Source: Takakia lepidozioides (Eukaryota > Plantae > Bryophyta). Taken from it: a stretch of 63,548 bases of DNA. The notes below the pieces were generated by a model. It worked only from the letters and a program-made list of their open reading frames with translations, did no database searches and was not told the DNA's origin. Position numbers and translations under genes: made by a program. Below, piece by piece: positions 12,400 to 26,624 of this stretch. How positions within the stretch are numbered: position 1 is the stretch's first letter; each line of letters begins with the position of its first letter. The stretch spans positions 59,210,453-59,274,000 of the forward strand of contig CM060732.1 in NCBI GenBank assembly GCA_030704615.1. The letters are read 5' to 3'.

Positions 12400-15300
12400 T
12401 CCATACTCCGTTGGTATCACTGGCGCAGCCCGTGACTGTTTTTGCGTTTCAACATGCAAATCATGCTGCAATGGTTTGTCATGGATACCACTGTACCCCT
12501 TCAACTTATTGGCATTGACTCTTCCCAGCATCTCTTTGTTAATGGTTTGTAACATGGCGGTGTTGTTATCATACATCTTCTGTATGACGTAAGGTCCTTT
12601 CCATGGTGATTTAAGCTTAGAAGCTTTAATCTTTCCCTTCTTCTGCAACCAAAGAACCAAATCTCCCGTCTTAAAAATCTTTATCTTGCCTTCATCAAAC
12701 TGTTCTTTCTCTTCATCTGAATTCTGGTCATGTTATCAGCTGCATCAGCACGTACTTCTTCCACATGGTATAATTCATGTTTCCTGACCTTAATTGAATC
12801 TTGCAATTCCATTCTCTTTCCCCATTCCGTTCTCATGGTAGGTAACAGGAATTCCACTGGAAGTAAAGCTTCCATACCATAAACTAATTGGAATGGTGTA
12901 TACTTAGTGGTGACTTTATATGAAGTCCTGTATGACCACAAAGCTGTCAGCAGCTTTGTATCCCAATCCGTTCTGTTTGCATTGACTATCTTAGCCAAGA
13001 TAGTACATAGTATTTTGTTGGTAGCCTCTGCCTGTCCATTACCCTGTGGGTAATATGTTGTACTTTTCCTATGCACAATCATGAACTCTTTAGTCAATAA
13101 TTCAATGGTCTCATTAATGAAAGTGACTTCCCTGATCACTGATAAATTCCAAGGGACAGCCAAATCGTGTAAGTATGTTTCTATACAGGAACCTTGCTGT
13201 GGACTTGGCTGTGTTGTCCCTCAAAGCTTTAGCTTCCACCCACTTCGTAGTATAATCAGTGGCTGTAATTATGTACCTGTTCTGTGTATTCTTGGCTGGT
13301 GGGTTAATTGGTCCAACAAAGTCTAGTCCCCATTTCTAAAATGGTTCCGTAGGCATTGTAGGATGCAAGGCCATCTTCCAGATCTCTGCAAAGGTCCTAG
13401 CCTCTGACATTCATCACAACTCTGACAATACTTGTGTACATCTTTGAACAAAGTAGGCCACCAGTAACCTGCATCTTCTACTGGTAGTCTCTTCTCCAAA
13501 ATGACCTCCAGCCACTCCTTTATGAACTTCCTCCAAAACCTTATTTACTTCATGGTGGTACAAGCATCGTTTAAGTACTCCATCAGGTCCTAGCTTATAC
13601 ATTCTGCTTCCTACCATAGTATAAGGAAGCCTTGATAGCAATTCTCTTCCTTTGCTCCTTACCATAACTAGGTGGGCATTGACCATGAGTAAGGTAGTAT
13701 CTGATTGGCCACTGCCAATCTAACCATTCATCTGCACTTCCTTGCACCTCCATTACAAATAAACTCGCATCAGGTAACTGATCGTCTACTCCTGTGGCGG
13801 CCTCTCCTGTTGTTAGTCGTGACAATGATCTGCCACAAGATGCAAACGGCCAGGCTTGTAAACAACTTCGAACTCAAACTCATGCAAGATTATTAACCAC
13901 CTCGCTATCCTTCCACTTATCAAAGGTTTGTTCACCAGATATATCAGAGCCTGGTGATCCACATAAAACATAAACTTTCTTCCCAATAGGTAATGCCTGA
14001 ATTTCTTGACTGCATAAATCATTGCCATGCTTCTCTTTCAGTTGTGCTATAGTTCTTTCAGCACTGTTCATCAACCTGCTAGCATAGTACACAGGTGAAT
14101 CTATATTCCTGTAACATTTTGGGCTAACACCGCTCCCAACGCTTCTCCTGAGGCATCACAGTGAACATGAAATACTACATGCCAGTGAGGGTTAATCAGC
14201 ACAGGTGTAGTTGTTACTGACAATGTAAGTTCCTCAAAAGCCTGTTGACATTCAGCTGTCCATGCAAACACTGCATCTTTCTTCAGAAGCTTGCTCAATG
14301 GTGCTGCTATTTGTGCATACCTTTTGACAAATCTTCTGTAATAACTGGTTTGCCCAAGGAATCTCCTTAGACTCTTAACATTGTTGGTGGTGGAGAGGCT
14401 TTAATGGCCTCTGTCTTCCTGGGATCCACAAGAAGTCCCCTCTTACACACAATGTGTCCCAGAAGCACCCTGAGTTCACACAGAAAGTACATTTCTCTGG
14501 ATTCAGGCCCAGACCTCTCATCCTGCATCTGGCCAGACATAACTCCAATTTATGCAAGTGCTCATTCTTAGAGCTGTACACACTGAAATCATCCAAGAAC
14601 ACCTGCATGAAATCATCCAGATACTCATGAAAAGATTCACTTATCACTCTCTGAAAGGTTGCTGGTGCATTACAAAGTCCAAAGGGCATGACTTTGTATG
14701 CATAAGCACCCCAGTCTGTGATGAAAGCTGTCTTTCCTTGGTCTTCTTCTGCCACTTGCACTTGATTATAACCACTGAAGCCATCCATGAATGAGTACAT
14801 CTCATGGCCTGCCACAGTGTCCAATACTGCTTCTGTGAATGGCAAAGGGAAAGGATCTTTCTTCGTACAAGCATTCAGCTTCTTGTAGTTCACACAAACT
14901 CTTAGTTTACCATTCTTCTTGGGAACTATCACAATGGGTGACAACCAAGTTGTATACTCTATTGGGTATATAAACTTAGCCTCAGCCAACTTCTTGATCT
15001 CTTCTCCAACCTTCTGTGCATAGTTGGGATTCATTCTGTACCTTGCCTGCTTGATTGGTACTGACCCTGGTTCCAGTTCAATCTTATGCTGACAGATTTC
15101 AGGTGGTATCCCTTTTAGATCCTCATAGCTCCAAGCAAATACATCTCTGTATTTGATGAACAAACTCTTAGCTTCTTCAAAGAATTCTGGCTCCAAATCA
15201 GCTCCTACTTCACCATCCTCGGTTCCTCTTTAGTTCCCACATTCACTTCCCTCACCTGCTCATCAGCTGTGATTGTCCAACCAGTCACCACTTCATCCTA

Positions 15301-16000
15301 AACTCACAGTGGCTGGTTCCTCTAGGATTTCCATTCTCTCCTTCTCTTCTTCATAGACACTGTGATGGGTAACTGCTGGTTTCCTCTTCTATTGTGTTGC
15401 TGCAAGCTAACACCACAGCAGATCCTCTTAAACAACTTAGGCTTTCCAGCCGCCTCTCTTGCAACCTGCTCCTACCCACTCTTGGGTGTGCAACAAACAT
15501 CAAGGTGCTTCCTGCTCACTCCGTCTCCTCTCCAGTCATACCTCTGACCCTCGAGGTCTTCTCGTAGCAGGTATCTACTAGATTTCTTTGTGGTAATTGT
15601 ATCTCGTGCATCCCATTATTCACGGTTTAGTAACTGAGAATTCAGTCATGGAATACCCTGGTCTGTTTCATCAATCACACTTTCAGCCACTGGACGGCCC
15701 AATAATAGGAGTAAGCCTCCATGACTTCATCCATCTTCAACACAGTTACTGTGATCATAAAGATCATCTTCTGTATCTGTAATCTTAACTCCTCTTATTA
15801 ATCCCAATGGCTGTACACTCCTTTGATCTGCCATTGTTACTGTAAATGGGGCTGGTTTCATGTTACTAGACCCAAGCTTCTTTCTTAATGGTCTGTCATG
15901 ATATTTACTCCAGAGCCTCCATCTATCAGTACATCAGTTAGTTCTGTGCTTCCAATTCTCAATTGGATTACTGGCATAGAATCATCAAAGTCCATGACTG
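12400..16000 (-). pseudogene. pol: pol: protease, RT, RNase H, integrase; many frameshifts
   Basis: PR VLIDGGSGVN; RT LRVCVNYKKLN...MPFGLCNAPATFQR...FLDDF; RH VHCDASG, YVDHQAL; IN YYPQGNGQAE, WKGPY. Confidence 0.92.
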
Positions 16001-16539
16001 TTTCTCGCCCTTCCGGCTTCACATTATAACTGGTCACCTTGCTGTTCAGGTCTGTGTTTCCTGTCTCCTGGGCAATTCGATTGATTGCTTGATACAGCCT
16101 GTGTCTACAATAAGGTGCCACAGCCAATAGCGTCCAATGGTAATCTCTGCTTTGGTCTGGCATATTACTTCTTCCAAAAGTCCCTTCATTACTTTGCATG
16201 TCTGCATCTTCTTTCTTCCTTTCATCCTCACTCACTTCTTCTTCTCTATCAGAATCAGAGGAATCTGCCACAGGAATATCAGTACTCTTCTGCATTTCCT
16301 TTATGGTATCTGCCACTTCCTTGTGCAGTTCCTTCTCATCTCTTCAAGCCTCATCATCTTCAGGCATATCACTGCCACCTTCATTATCATCATCTTCCTC
16401 AACTACTGGAGGTATTAGTTTGGCTTTGCTTCTTGTTACTATCATTGTATTTACTTCTGGTACAACACATGGCCTAACCATGTGAGCTGCCACCACTGGG
16501 CCCTCACTCACAGGAGCTCTCATCTCATTCTGGTGTCTA

Positions 16540-18293
16540 ATCCAGAATGAACAGCTGCCTTGCGATGTCCTGGCTGATTACAATAGTAACATAGTTCTTC
16601 ACCATTGGGTCCTCGCCCTTGGTCCGCTCTTGGATTATTTCTGTAATCCTAATTCCCGGGCTGGTAATTCCCCCTTGGATTACCCTGATAGTTGCCTCTG
16701 GAATTTCCTTGGTAATTCCCTCTTGAATTACCTCTCCTTTCCATGCCATTGTTATAACCACCAGGCCTACCATAGTGGTCCTGATCACTGTTTCTTCTTG
16801 GCTGGGGCTGCACTTGATGCACCCTTACTTGCCTAGGTTCTCTAGCTGCTGTCCTTCTGTTGTAGTAACAATTCTTAATAGAATGGTTATCCATTTTACA
16901 GATAGTACAGTGTTTTCTCCTTCATGTGGCATTCAGTGGTGGTATGGCCTTCATTCTGGCACTTTGCACACCAAACACCCTCCTCCAATGTGTTGCAGCC
17001 TCTGTGGCATACTTCTTCAAGATTTCTTCTAATCTTTTTTCATAGTTATCCCTCTTCAACTTCTCATTTCTCTTACTTTTTTTTTTTCAGTTCTTGCTCT
17101 TCTTCTTCATCTGACTCATCCTCAGAGTCCTCATGATCCCTTTTCTCTCCTCTGAGCATTCCCAATTGCTCAATTCTGTTTGCAGTTTCAAATGCCTCCT
17201 CCACTGTATTATGGGGTAACATATCCACTTTCTTCTGCAACTTTGGTCTTAGTCCACTCACAAACCAAGTCTTCTGTAAACCTGGTGCTGGTACAGCAGC
17301 CAGCTTTTTCATCATCAATTCCATCTTTTCCATATACTCCTCAACAGTTTCATGCTTCTTTTGCTTTAACTGTTGTAAACTTCCATACACTTCATCCTCA
17401 GTTTTACTTGTCCTGAACCTATTTCGGAATGCTGTATTCAAGCCATTCCAGGTTAGGAAATGATTATCAGGGAATCTTGCATACCATTCACTTGCTTTCT
17501 TGATAAGTGAACAAGGAAACAATCTCATCTTGGCATCATCGCCATTCTCATTGTTCACTATACACATGTGCTCAAATTGGCTAATGTGTATATCGGGATC
17601 CCCTTTTCCTGAATATATTGGAAAATGTGGTTTTGCCCGTGTTGGTTGTAATGCCATCTGTGGCCCTACCTTCTGCCCACTGACAGGTGCTTGCACCCTT
17701 GTTGGTGCTGGTCCTTCAGGACCTGTTGTTGTTGTGGTGGATCTTCCACCAAGTGGTGGCCCTTGAGCACTCCCTGCTACTGGCCCCACGATATTCACAG
17801 TATTCCCAGCTCCAGTTGCACTACTTCCCACACTCCCTGTCCCCCCAGAGCCAGATCCAGGCAGCCCGCCTGATCCCCCTGAGCCGACACCTTCGTTGGC
17901 CTGTGATCCAAGTGCTCAACTTGATCCAGGTCCAACGGGTTGGGATGTCCTGGTTGTAGTCTCAACCTCAGCTGTTGGGTCTACTTCTTCATACTCTTCC
18001 TCTTCCAATTTCTTCTCTCTATTTTCATCCTCCAAGTTCTGCCCTTGGGTTTCTTCTTCACTCATGTAACTCAACTGCAATGGTGTTGGAGAGTTTGAAC
18101 TCTCCGTTGGCTCTGCCACATCCTCTCCTCCTTCTTCACCTTCCGCTTCAGAAACTGGAGTTCCTGCTTTTGGTGTTCCATGCCAACTCTTATCAAAGAT
18201 TTCTGTCAAATCTTTTATCCAGGGATGTACCTCAGATCTTTCACCTCGTGATTGATCTTCTTCCCGTACCAATTCCCTTAATCTTTCTTGCAA
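16540..18293 (-). pseudogene. gag: gag (capsid-like domain plus zinc knuckles), frameshifted
   Basis: YSGKGDPDIHISQFE...LFPCSLIKKASEWY...LKQKKHETVEEY...WFVSGL; CCHC-type knuckles (CAKCQNEGH, CTICKMDNH, CYYCNQPGH) downstream. Confidence 0.88.
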
Positions 18294-18508
18294 AGAAAAA
18301 GAAGGAGTGGCATCTGACTCTAGTTCTTCCGGTATGGGTGATGTACTCTCTGATCTTAATGGTGTGAGAGGTCCAGATGATTCCCCTATGTCTATTCCTC
18401 TCTCCCAGAGATATGGATAATTAGCTTTCAGATAGCTTTCTCTTTTTGTTGTTATCTCTGGCGTCTAGCTTCTCTTTCATCACTCATGTCCCATGTCTTT
18501 CATTTCTT

Positions 18509-19004
18509 TTAATGTGGCAATAACCAAAACTCTCTTCTGTAATATCTCTCGTATATGCCTGGGTTTCTTTCAAGCTTCAATGCACCCTTGGCTATACTAG
18601 AAGTCTCCGTTACCATATAACCATATGGCAAACAAGTCTGGAAAGCTGTTCTTGGTGTGAGTTTGATCCACAAAATATCCTTTGGAATCCAATTCTTTAC
18701 CAGTACAAGCTCTTTGTGCATATGAGTAAAAAACATTCACCTTTCTTTCCTCCCAGCCTTCAAACTCTACTCGCTTAATGGATAGCAATGCTATCACATA
18801 AACCAGTGTTGGTAACCAACGTGCTCTTCCTCTACAGGCCACCTGATAAATCTTTATCACTCCTTTCTCCAGACCCCATTCAGGGTCAGCATCATGCACT
18901 CTCTTAAGAATGTTTTCTTTACAACCGTCTGGCAATTCCAAGAACCTTTGAAAGAATCGTTTGGACAATCTTTCCTTCTCAGTTTCACAAGGAATTTGAT
19001 TCAC
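18509..19004 (-). other. extra 5' ORF between PBS and gag
   Basis: ORF 18597..19004 (135 aa) continuing by frameshift into 18509..18736. Confidence 0.45.
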
Positions 19005-19077
19005 ATCAAATTCTTTAATTCTCCAACCACCATGATCCCACTAGATGCCTGTCACATCTGGTTGTTCATGACCCAGT

Positions 19078-19095
19078 TCCCCAGTATGGTCGCCA
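19078..19095 (-). promoter_or_regulatory. primer-binding site (TGGCGACCATACTGGGGA, tRNA-Arg-like)
   Basis: begins with TGG 2 nt inside the 5' LTR; resembles Tat/Ogre-type PBS. Confidence 0.75.
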
Positions 19096-19097
19096 AA

Positions 19098-20010
19098 TGT
19101 CGCGCGGCTTTTACTCACCCATCCCTTCGCTATCCGAGGCGGAAACTCCAAGATAGAAGAGTTGGGAATCTCTAAGCACTCAGCCCGCTCAGAACAATCA
19201 GTCATGACCTACAGCTAGTGTATCATGGGGGTGTTTCCTATTTGTTTTCCTTCCCGCATTCATGTTAGCTAGTTACCTTACTGTTGGTAATTAAGTATCA
19301 GTTTGCTTCAGCAATCTATCAGATTCCATCAACTCATCCATTCATTCCACAGCTTCACTCAGATCTCTCTACACAGTGTGAGTATGAAGTATGTATCAGA
19401 TTAATATCTATCAAGTATCAGGCTGAAGCCATGGAGTCTCTAATCTGCTCTACATTACAACTCTACTGCCTGCATTCATCAAGCATCAACAGATCGTCCT
19501 CCTCCTACTCCGTGCTCTCCCTCTTTCTGCTCAGAGATGCCTCTCTGCCTCATTTCCTCCCAGTGATGTCCGAAGTCCCCCCAAGAAGTGATCTTTTCCA
19601 GTCCTTGCTCCTGGCTTTATCTTCCTACCCGTTGTTCTAACCGTTTCTCTCACTAACCGTCATCTGTGAACTAACATGTTCCATTCGCAGATGTTGTTCC
19701 CCACAGTCGTTCCCTGTCCTGCTATCCGTTCCCTATGGTCGTGACAGCTGTGTCAAGCTGTGACTGGCTGTGACGGCTGTGTCTGGCTGTGTCGGCTGTG
19801 TCGGCTGTGTCGGACTGTGACGGGCTGTGTTGGACTATGACGAGCTGTGTTGGCTGTGACGGGCTGTGTCGGACTGTGACGGGCTGTGTAACCTCCCCCT
19901 AAAGTGCGCTGCTGTCACCCTAAGGCTCCTGTTGGTCTCAGTCTGTGCAAAAATTAAGGGTACCCCACAGATCCCGTAAAAGTGCCTAAGTCCCAGACAG
20001 TCCTCTAACA
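19098..20010 (-). repeat. 5' LTR
   Basis: near-identical to 6921-7842; differences are mostly indels, including in the internal CTGTG tandem array. Confidence 0.95.
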
Positions 20011-21636
20011 AAGCCCTCTCTTGTTGCAAGAGAACTTCAAGAGAGATCGAATACTGGTTCTCGTTTGCTAACTGGGCATGGCCTTGGCAGTCATTGATAT
20101 TATTGCATCATGTATAATCTTGAGATGTGCAGTGCAAGATTGTGGGATCACCCCTCTGGATGGATTCCTCAGTAGTGCAAAAATGTTGGAAAAGAACAGG
20201 ACCTGAATCATAACAGAAGGGGACTTAACTTACTTTGGTAGTAGTATCAAAATACACGACTTATATGGAATTCAGCTCTAGCAAACACAGAATCCGATCA
20301 CAGGGTGACATGGCTACCACTATGCATTTGCAACACAGTTGGAAATCATGTATACATTAGAGCTTCTCATGTGTTACAGGTCCACCATGATGAGCTATGT
20401 TGTAGGGAAGAGATTCTAACAATTAAGTGGAGAAGAGGTCGGGTGCAGACATACAATGTAAGAGAAATGGTGATTCCCACAATTCAAAAGGTGTGAATGA
20501 AATCCTTTTTCCCACAATTCAAAATTTCCCTCTTTGGATGTGAGGTGTGAATAAAATCATTTTTCCCACAACTCAAAGTTTCCCTTTTGGATGTGGAGTG
20601 GGAAAAACTTTTGTTTTCCCCCTTTGGAATACACATGCTCCCCTTGGACGTGAATATTATTTCTTTTACCACATACCCCGAGATTCTTAGGTATAGGTCC
20701 CTTGATCCACAAGGGAAAACGCTTCATTTTGCAATCCCCTCCATGAGGGAACTCGTCATAGGCCCCTATTAGAATATACAACAAGCAGTGCCTGTACACA
20801 CAATTCAGTATTTCAAATGGAATGGAAATTGAAATCCAAACCATCAAATGCTTCACAACCGTATCGGGGATTGTTAAATGAAATGGTTGATACTGTGGCT
20901 ACAGACAGCTGTGGATACTGGTTGAGGCTCAAGGTGGCATGCCTCAACGTCCCCCATCAGCTGACTGGGACACAACACTCCAACTACTAATCTTCATTGA
21001 CAATGAAAATATACCATTCAAAAGCTTTCATGCATAGTAGTAGGACCTAGATGACCCAGCCCCGGACCCAACACCGTCATGCGCACACGAATTCATATAG
21101 AAGAGGTTTAGACATTACCTTCCCATCTTATGTTGTTCACACAAATCCGGTTATTTAACAGACTTGTTGTGTTCACACTTGAAGGGTCCGCAGGTCCTAG
21201 TGACGAACTATTGAATCTTGGCTACAAGTGATATATACTGTATGTGCATTGATATGGACTGCAACCCACTGTAGATGACTTCCCAGACAATTGGGAATGC
21301 CATAAAATATGAACTTTATTAATGACCAGCACAATGCAATCTTCAGCTGGCATAATATATCACAATGTCATCCACTTCTGTGCACATAGCAATGAAATGA
21401 ATCCACATGGCTACATGTTTCTACCTGTCTATCCAGACTTGTTAGTGATATCTATTTGAGAACTTTATTTTGAAAAGTTCGCCCCAAACTCCTCAGCGCC
21501 ATTATCTGATTGAAAACAGTCATACAATATGCAAAATCAAACTTCACTTGCATGATAACTTTGAACCCTCATCAACAAGGCACAATCAGCAAATGGACAA
21601 ACCTGGTGTTAAGCGGCGAAGAAGAGTGAGGGCTGA

Positions 21637-22113
21637 TCAAGGATCCCAGCCTGTGTAGAATTCATATTGGTTTGTGACGGCATACTGGGTCCACATGAAT
21701 CCTCCTTGACGGACCTCCCAAAAGCACTGTTCGCAAGCTAGTGCGTCGAAGTTGCTTAGCACCCCATTCCAGATGATGAATTGAGCCTTATGGTCCATCC
21801 ATGTGAAGCTACAGGTCCACGATGCCACGTGATGCAAGTCTATCGGCGCAAAGGTCCACGAATATGTATTGTCGTAATGAATCACTTGCACCCCATGGGG
21901 ATCCGGCTGCAACAAATCAGAATAGCAATTAACTGAGACATCCGACAATGGTTCAGGCGAATATGGTTCCATGGGCTGGCTCATGAACCCATCTGTGATC
22001 TTGTTTACGATGGTAATGGTCACTTCGTTGCTGTACAGAACAGCACCCTACACATGGTTGACCATGGCTAGCAGCATCAGACCCACCACCAGTACCACCA
22101 GGCCTATACTCAT
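21637..22113 (-). pseudogene. S-protein homologue (SPH / plant self-incompatibility S1 family), secreted, premature TAG
   Basis: ATG at 22113 gives hydrophobic MSIGLVVLVVGLMLLAMVNHV, then in-frame TAG at 22050-22048; mature part ITIVN...VSVNCYS...YSWTF...WTCSFTW...CEQCFWEVRQGG has SPH-like Cys/Trp spacing; intronless. Confidence 0.75.
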
Positions 22114-22359
22114 GGTTCCCTTCGTCTCTCTCGTCCTCCTGATCCTCCTGATCCTGCAGTTACTCACCACCTCACAGCTCCACCAACTAGCTGGTGCCGC
22201 TCAACACTTGGGGCCCCACAAATGGAGCTTCAAACTTCTGCAGAAAGCTCAAAGCTTATGGAACAAAAGCAGGAAACAAGAAGGAACAAGAACCAAAGAG
22301 CGGAGCCAAAAATAGCAGCACAAAACAACTACTGATGGAGGCCGCAAACGCTAAGAGAG

Positions 22360-22740
22360 ATGTCGGAGAGAGAGGGAGGAGGGGCATATATATACAGTGC
22401 ACAGGAAGTAGCCTCGGTGGGAGAGAAGGATGGGAGAGAAGGAGCCTCGGTGGCGTATATATACACAGTGTACTGTGCTGTAATGGAAGGAGCCTCGTTG
22501 GGAGAGAAGCATGAGAGAGAAGGAGCTAGAGAGAGGGAGGAGGGGCATATATATACAGTGTGATGTGAAGGAAGTAGCCTCGGTGGAAGAGAAGGATGAG
22601 AGAGAAGGAGGCTCGGCGGCGTATATATACTATAATGGAAGGAGCCCTCGGTGGGAGAGAAGCATGAGAGAGAAGGAGCCTCGGTGGCATATATGAAGGT
22701 AGGAGCCAGCTTGGTGGGAAAGAAGGAGCTCGGTGGTAGA
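22360..22740. repeat. purine-rich degenerate tandem repeat (GAGAGAAGGAGCCTCGGTGG)
   Basis: several imperfect copies seen directly. Confidence 0.8.
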
Positions 22741-24509
22741 GATCGTGTGTGATCTGTAGAAACTTCTGCTGTAATTAATTTGGAATATGATCAGTTATAG
22801 AGGAGTTATAGTAAGTTGAACTATTTGTTGGGTTGATTCAGAAGAATATCCAGAGATCATCTTGAATATGCCATCCAATATTCTAGATCATCAATTGAGC
22901 CAAGTCTTCTACCTATTATGCCCAAAATAGCATCTTCTCTGATTCTACTTAAAACTGCAGGTGTGAAGAATCTTATTTCAGGTCATGACTGAAAGCAGAA
23001 ATGGTTTGGTGTGACATCATAGAGCCTCGCAAGGTATGAGCCAAATTGGGTCTTGCTTGTAATCTGAATGCATTTCTCATATCATCATAACCACCCGCCT
23101 TGGTGCCTGTGGACTTGTTCATGCATGTTAGCTACCACTATGGACCCCGCCTTCCCTGTTAGTCCGAAACTTCAAAAGTGCCACCAGGAATGACCAAGAG
23201 ATCCTAATGGCGAGGCATTAAGGGCTGCCTACAATGCAGCCCACTAAGATCCTAGTATTTGTGTACAGATTTGTGTCACAATACCAAAGAGTATATCTAG
23301 GGACATAGCGACGGCTCTCTCTCAATCGCTCTGTGCATGATACCGAGATGCCCATTGTTGATCGAAGAGCCGCTGAGGAAGAAAGTGGTTTTGCTGTTGA
23401 GGGAAGTTCTAGATAGAAGTCATTTTAAGTAAGACTTTCATCCCTGATTACATAGAGAAACCATCTTTCAAAACTTTCACAAGTTGAAAGGGCCGGGCAA
23501 TTATCAACAGTTTACCCTGGAAGCAAGATGAACCCTCAAATTGCAAAAATTGGTTTGGACATTGAAGCTTTCGTTTGTCAAACACACTTTTGAACTCACA
23601 ATGTTGGAAGGCTGTACCTTGTAAAGAACCATGGTCACCAGAGTTGTGGCTCGACATTAGTGCATTGCCATATAGTGCAAATGGAGGAAATGAAGATGCA
23701 TTGAGGACAGAATGGGCATTATCTTCCAGATCACATACTAATTAATTTTGAAGCTCAAGATTGACACAAGAATTATTATGATATTGAGCATGAAAGGCAT
23801 CCCATTCAGTGTTCATTATAAACAGTCTAGTTTTCTACATTCTAGTTCACATCTGAATCCAATCCATAGCATTCATCAATTACTTGGTGACACCCTTCCC
23901 AAAGCTGTCCTGTCCTGTCCTCTGAAAGGCTGCACGCACACATGATCGCATCCATCAACATCACACTTCTAGACAGGGCATGAGCTCTTCGAGCTTAGGA
24001 CAATACTTCTTATAGCCGAAGTACTTGGACTACAATTGTAAAGGGTGAGCAACCCTAGCCAGAAATTCACATTGTAGGATAGGAGGAGAAGTGGATGGTG
24101 ATTGGTGGAAGCACATCCAGAGATGCTCCATTGAATAGTCAGCCTGCTCCCCTTATCATATTGTTGCAGGGAAGCGTAGTAAGGATCCTGCGTCAATGCA
24201 CCAGACTATGATGGTGGTCATGCAGGCATCCTTCCTTCGCACACTACCCAGCCTTCGCAAAAGACGAACAACTCCACAAATTGCAAGTATGCTTCAATCT
24301 TATCAAATTTCCCCTTGTTGACCCTCACTGTCCATTCCTGCACGGACCTGATCTCTCTTTCTCCCACCGATGTATATCCGAGCCCCCAGAGCCCCCAGTG
24401 TTTCAGAAATGCAGGGCAGACAGCCCCCTTGTCGCTTCCATAACTCGCCACAATAATCCTGATCGGTCATTTTAATTACTTATTCGAACAACCAAGCCAC
24501 AAGTACCCA

Positions 24510-24988
24510 GTTTAGGGCAATTCTTTTGGTCAATATTATCCCATATCGTTTGCATCGTTTTGACTTGCTGCTATAAATTCTGAAATAGCGCACAAGTTGG
24601 TGGCTCGGGGGAGGATGGGAGGCGAGCGACATGCATTTCCCTGCATGTTCTTTTTTGCTCCTAATTTCTGTTTTTCTTTTTTTCTCCATGTATTTGGACC
24701 GCTACGGACGAGGGTTCGAATACCTAAACCGCTGGGGTGGTGTAATCGCCTTTCACTAAATGTGGCATCGTGGTTTTACAGGGAATTGATCCAAATGTAC
24801 ATGGACAAAACAGAAATTAAGAGCAAAAAATAACATGCACGGTGGCTCACCTCCCATCCTCCCCCGAGCGTTTTACTTTTATGTCTCGCAAGAGATACCA
24901 ACTTGTGCCCTATTTCAGTATTTATAGAAGCAAGTAAAAACAATACAAACGATATGGGATAATCCTGATTAAAACAATTGCCCTAAAC
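24510..24988. mobile_element. MITE-like foldback element (second copy at 30435-30913; single arms at ~26340-26590 and ~32270-32516)
   Basis: GTTTAGGGCAATT...AATTGCCCTAAAC termini; imperfect arms >100 bp including GCTCGGGGGAGGATGGGAGG / CCTCCCATCCTCCCCCGAGC. Confidence 0.7.
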
Positions 24989-26624
24989 CGACCTGGTAGA
25001 TGGATGATAGATAGGATGGGAGGTGAGCCACATGCATTTCACTTTGTGCTGTTTTGGTTTCTTCTTGGTGTGGACGGTCGAGGGTTGGAATACCTACACC
25101 CACCATAAGAGCTTCGCAGCTAGAATGTTTGCCACAGATCGGAATGAACAGGGTGGGTCACGTACCTCCAGTAATTCTTGTGACTGGATTGTTTCTATAA
25201 CAAACACTCTCTCGCGTCATAGATCAGTGTACACAATCAGGTATTACCAGCTGGTGATCTTCGGATATCATTGTCCACATCTGTCTTCTTTTGTTTTTCT
25301 TCCTGATCAGTCCCGTCCAAAATAATTACGCAAACTGCCAATAAATGACACATACACAGCGTGCGACGTTGATTTTCTTGTAGATTTCCATTGAAGGACC
25401 CATCTAGATTTCAAAATTCTCAAAACCTTGCCAACTCCCTTTCCCTCGCTGTCTCTTCGCTGATAGGAAAGTAACTGTTCTAACAGCACAATGGGATTTA
25501 CAGTCTATGCAAAACTCTCAGAAATCTCCAATGTATGGTACGGAAGACCTCTCTCTCTGAAACGGACTCGTTCTATCTGTCCCTGTGTGTTCCTTCAGGT
25601 AGCATTTACGTTCGGCCCGATATCCTCTACAAGCTCGGCATGTGCACTGCAGGAAATCTTCTCAGGAAATCTATGTATGCAGATGAACGAAGACCCCCCT
25701 AGCGCGCGGATAATTATCTAGCAGTGCAGGAAATCTTCTCGGGAAATCTATGTATGCAGATGAACGAAGATCCCCGGTTAATTATCTAGCAAATCTTCCA
25801 TCTTTTCCTTGTTTGTCTCCCGTTTTCTGGGTCGTTTCGCTGTGGCGGTTACAGTCTGCCAAAGCGAAATCTGCGATCTACCCACCCACAAGTATAACAT
25901 GCGCTTTCAGTTTAACCATCTGCATATCACTTTCCGCTCCCAAATCCTGGGGAACTCCTCGTGTATGGCAAAAAACTTCAGAAGTTGACTACCTAATCTT
26001 CAGGGGCGCCAATCACCGCAGGTTCTCAAAAGGCGAAGAAATGAGTTTGCATGTCGCCAGGAAAGTAGGATGCGAGTGAAAGAGAAGAGCAGATGACGCA
26101 GGATCGCAGGATCGCATGACCTCATTTTCATAACCAACTTCTGTCTACGCATTCTCTGCACTATATGTAGATACTAGATACCCACCTGGGCGGGGGAATG
26201 TAGGTATTATCTTATATTTGGAGAGTCAACTTGGCAGAGGGAGGAATATGATGAGTAGACCTAGGGTTGGTTATGTCTAAGAAAATCAAATGGGGACAGT
26301 AAATGGAAACCATCTTTTAATGAACCATATTCACTCCTCCCAGTTAATTGTAATAATCCCATATCCTTTGTATTGTTTTACTTGTCGTATATAAATACTG
26401 CAATAGGGCACAAGTAGTTGTCTCTTGCGAGACATAAAAATAAAAAGCTCGGGGGAGGATGGGAGGTGAGCGACATGCATTTACGCCGTACGTGCATGTT
26501 ATTTTTTGCTAGGACTAATTTGTGTTTTGCTTTTTTCTTCCGAGGGTGGAATACCTACACCCACCACTAGAACGTTTGCCACAGACACTAAATCTTACCA
26601 ACGTTGTCGTACTGGAGCTTCCTC

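Larger units (their letters stand above)
6921..20010 (-). mobile_element. full-length Ty3/gypsy LTR retrotransposon (non-chromovirus, Athila/Tat-like) with extra ORFs
   Basis: two near-identical TG...CA LTRs; 5-bp TSD AAGCC at 6916-6920 and 20011-20015; PBS and PPT on the minus strand; gag-PR-RT-RH-IN order. Confidence 0.97.

Noticed and set aside
20450-20900. Possible copia 3' end or LTR remnant
   Set aside because: Only a PPT-like tract and short repeats; no protein motif to support it.
24218-26079. Short ORFs identical in the two duplicated segments
   Set aside because: Identity reflects recent duplication; no recognisable domain.
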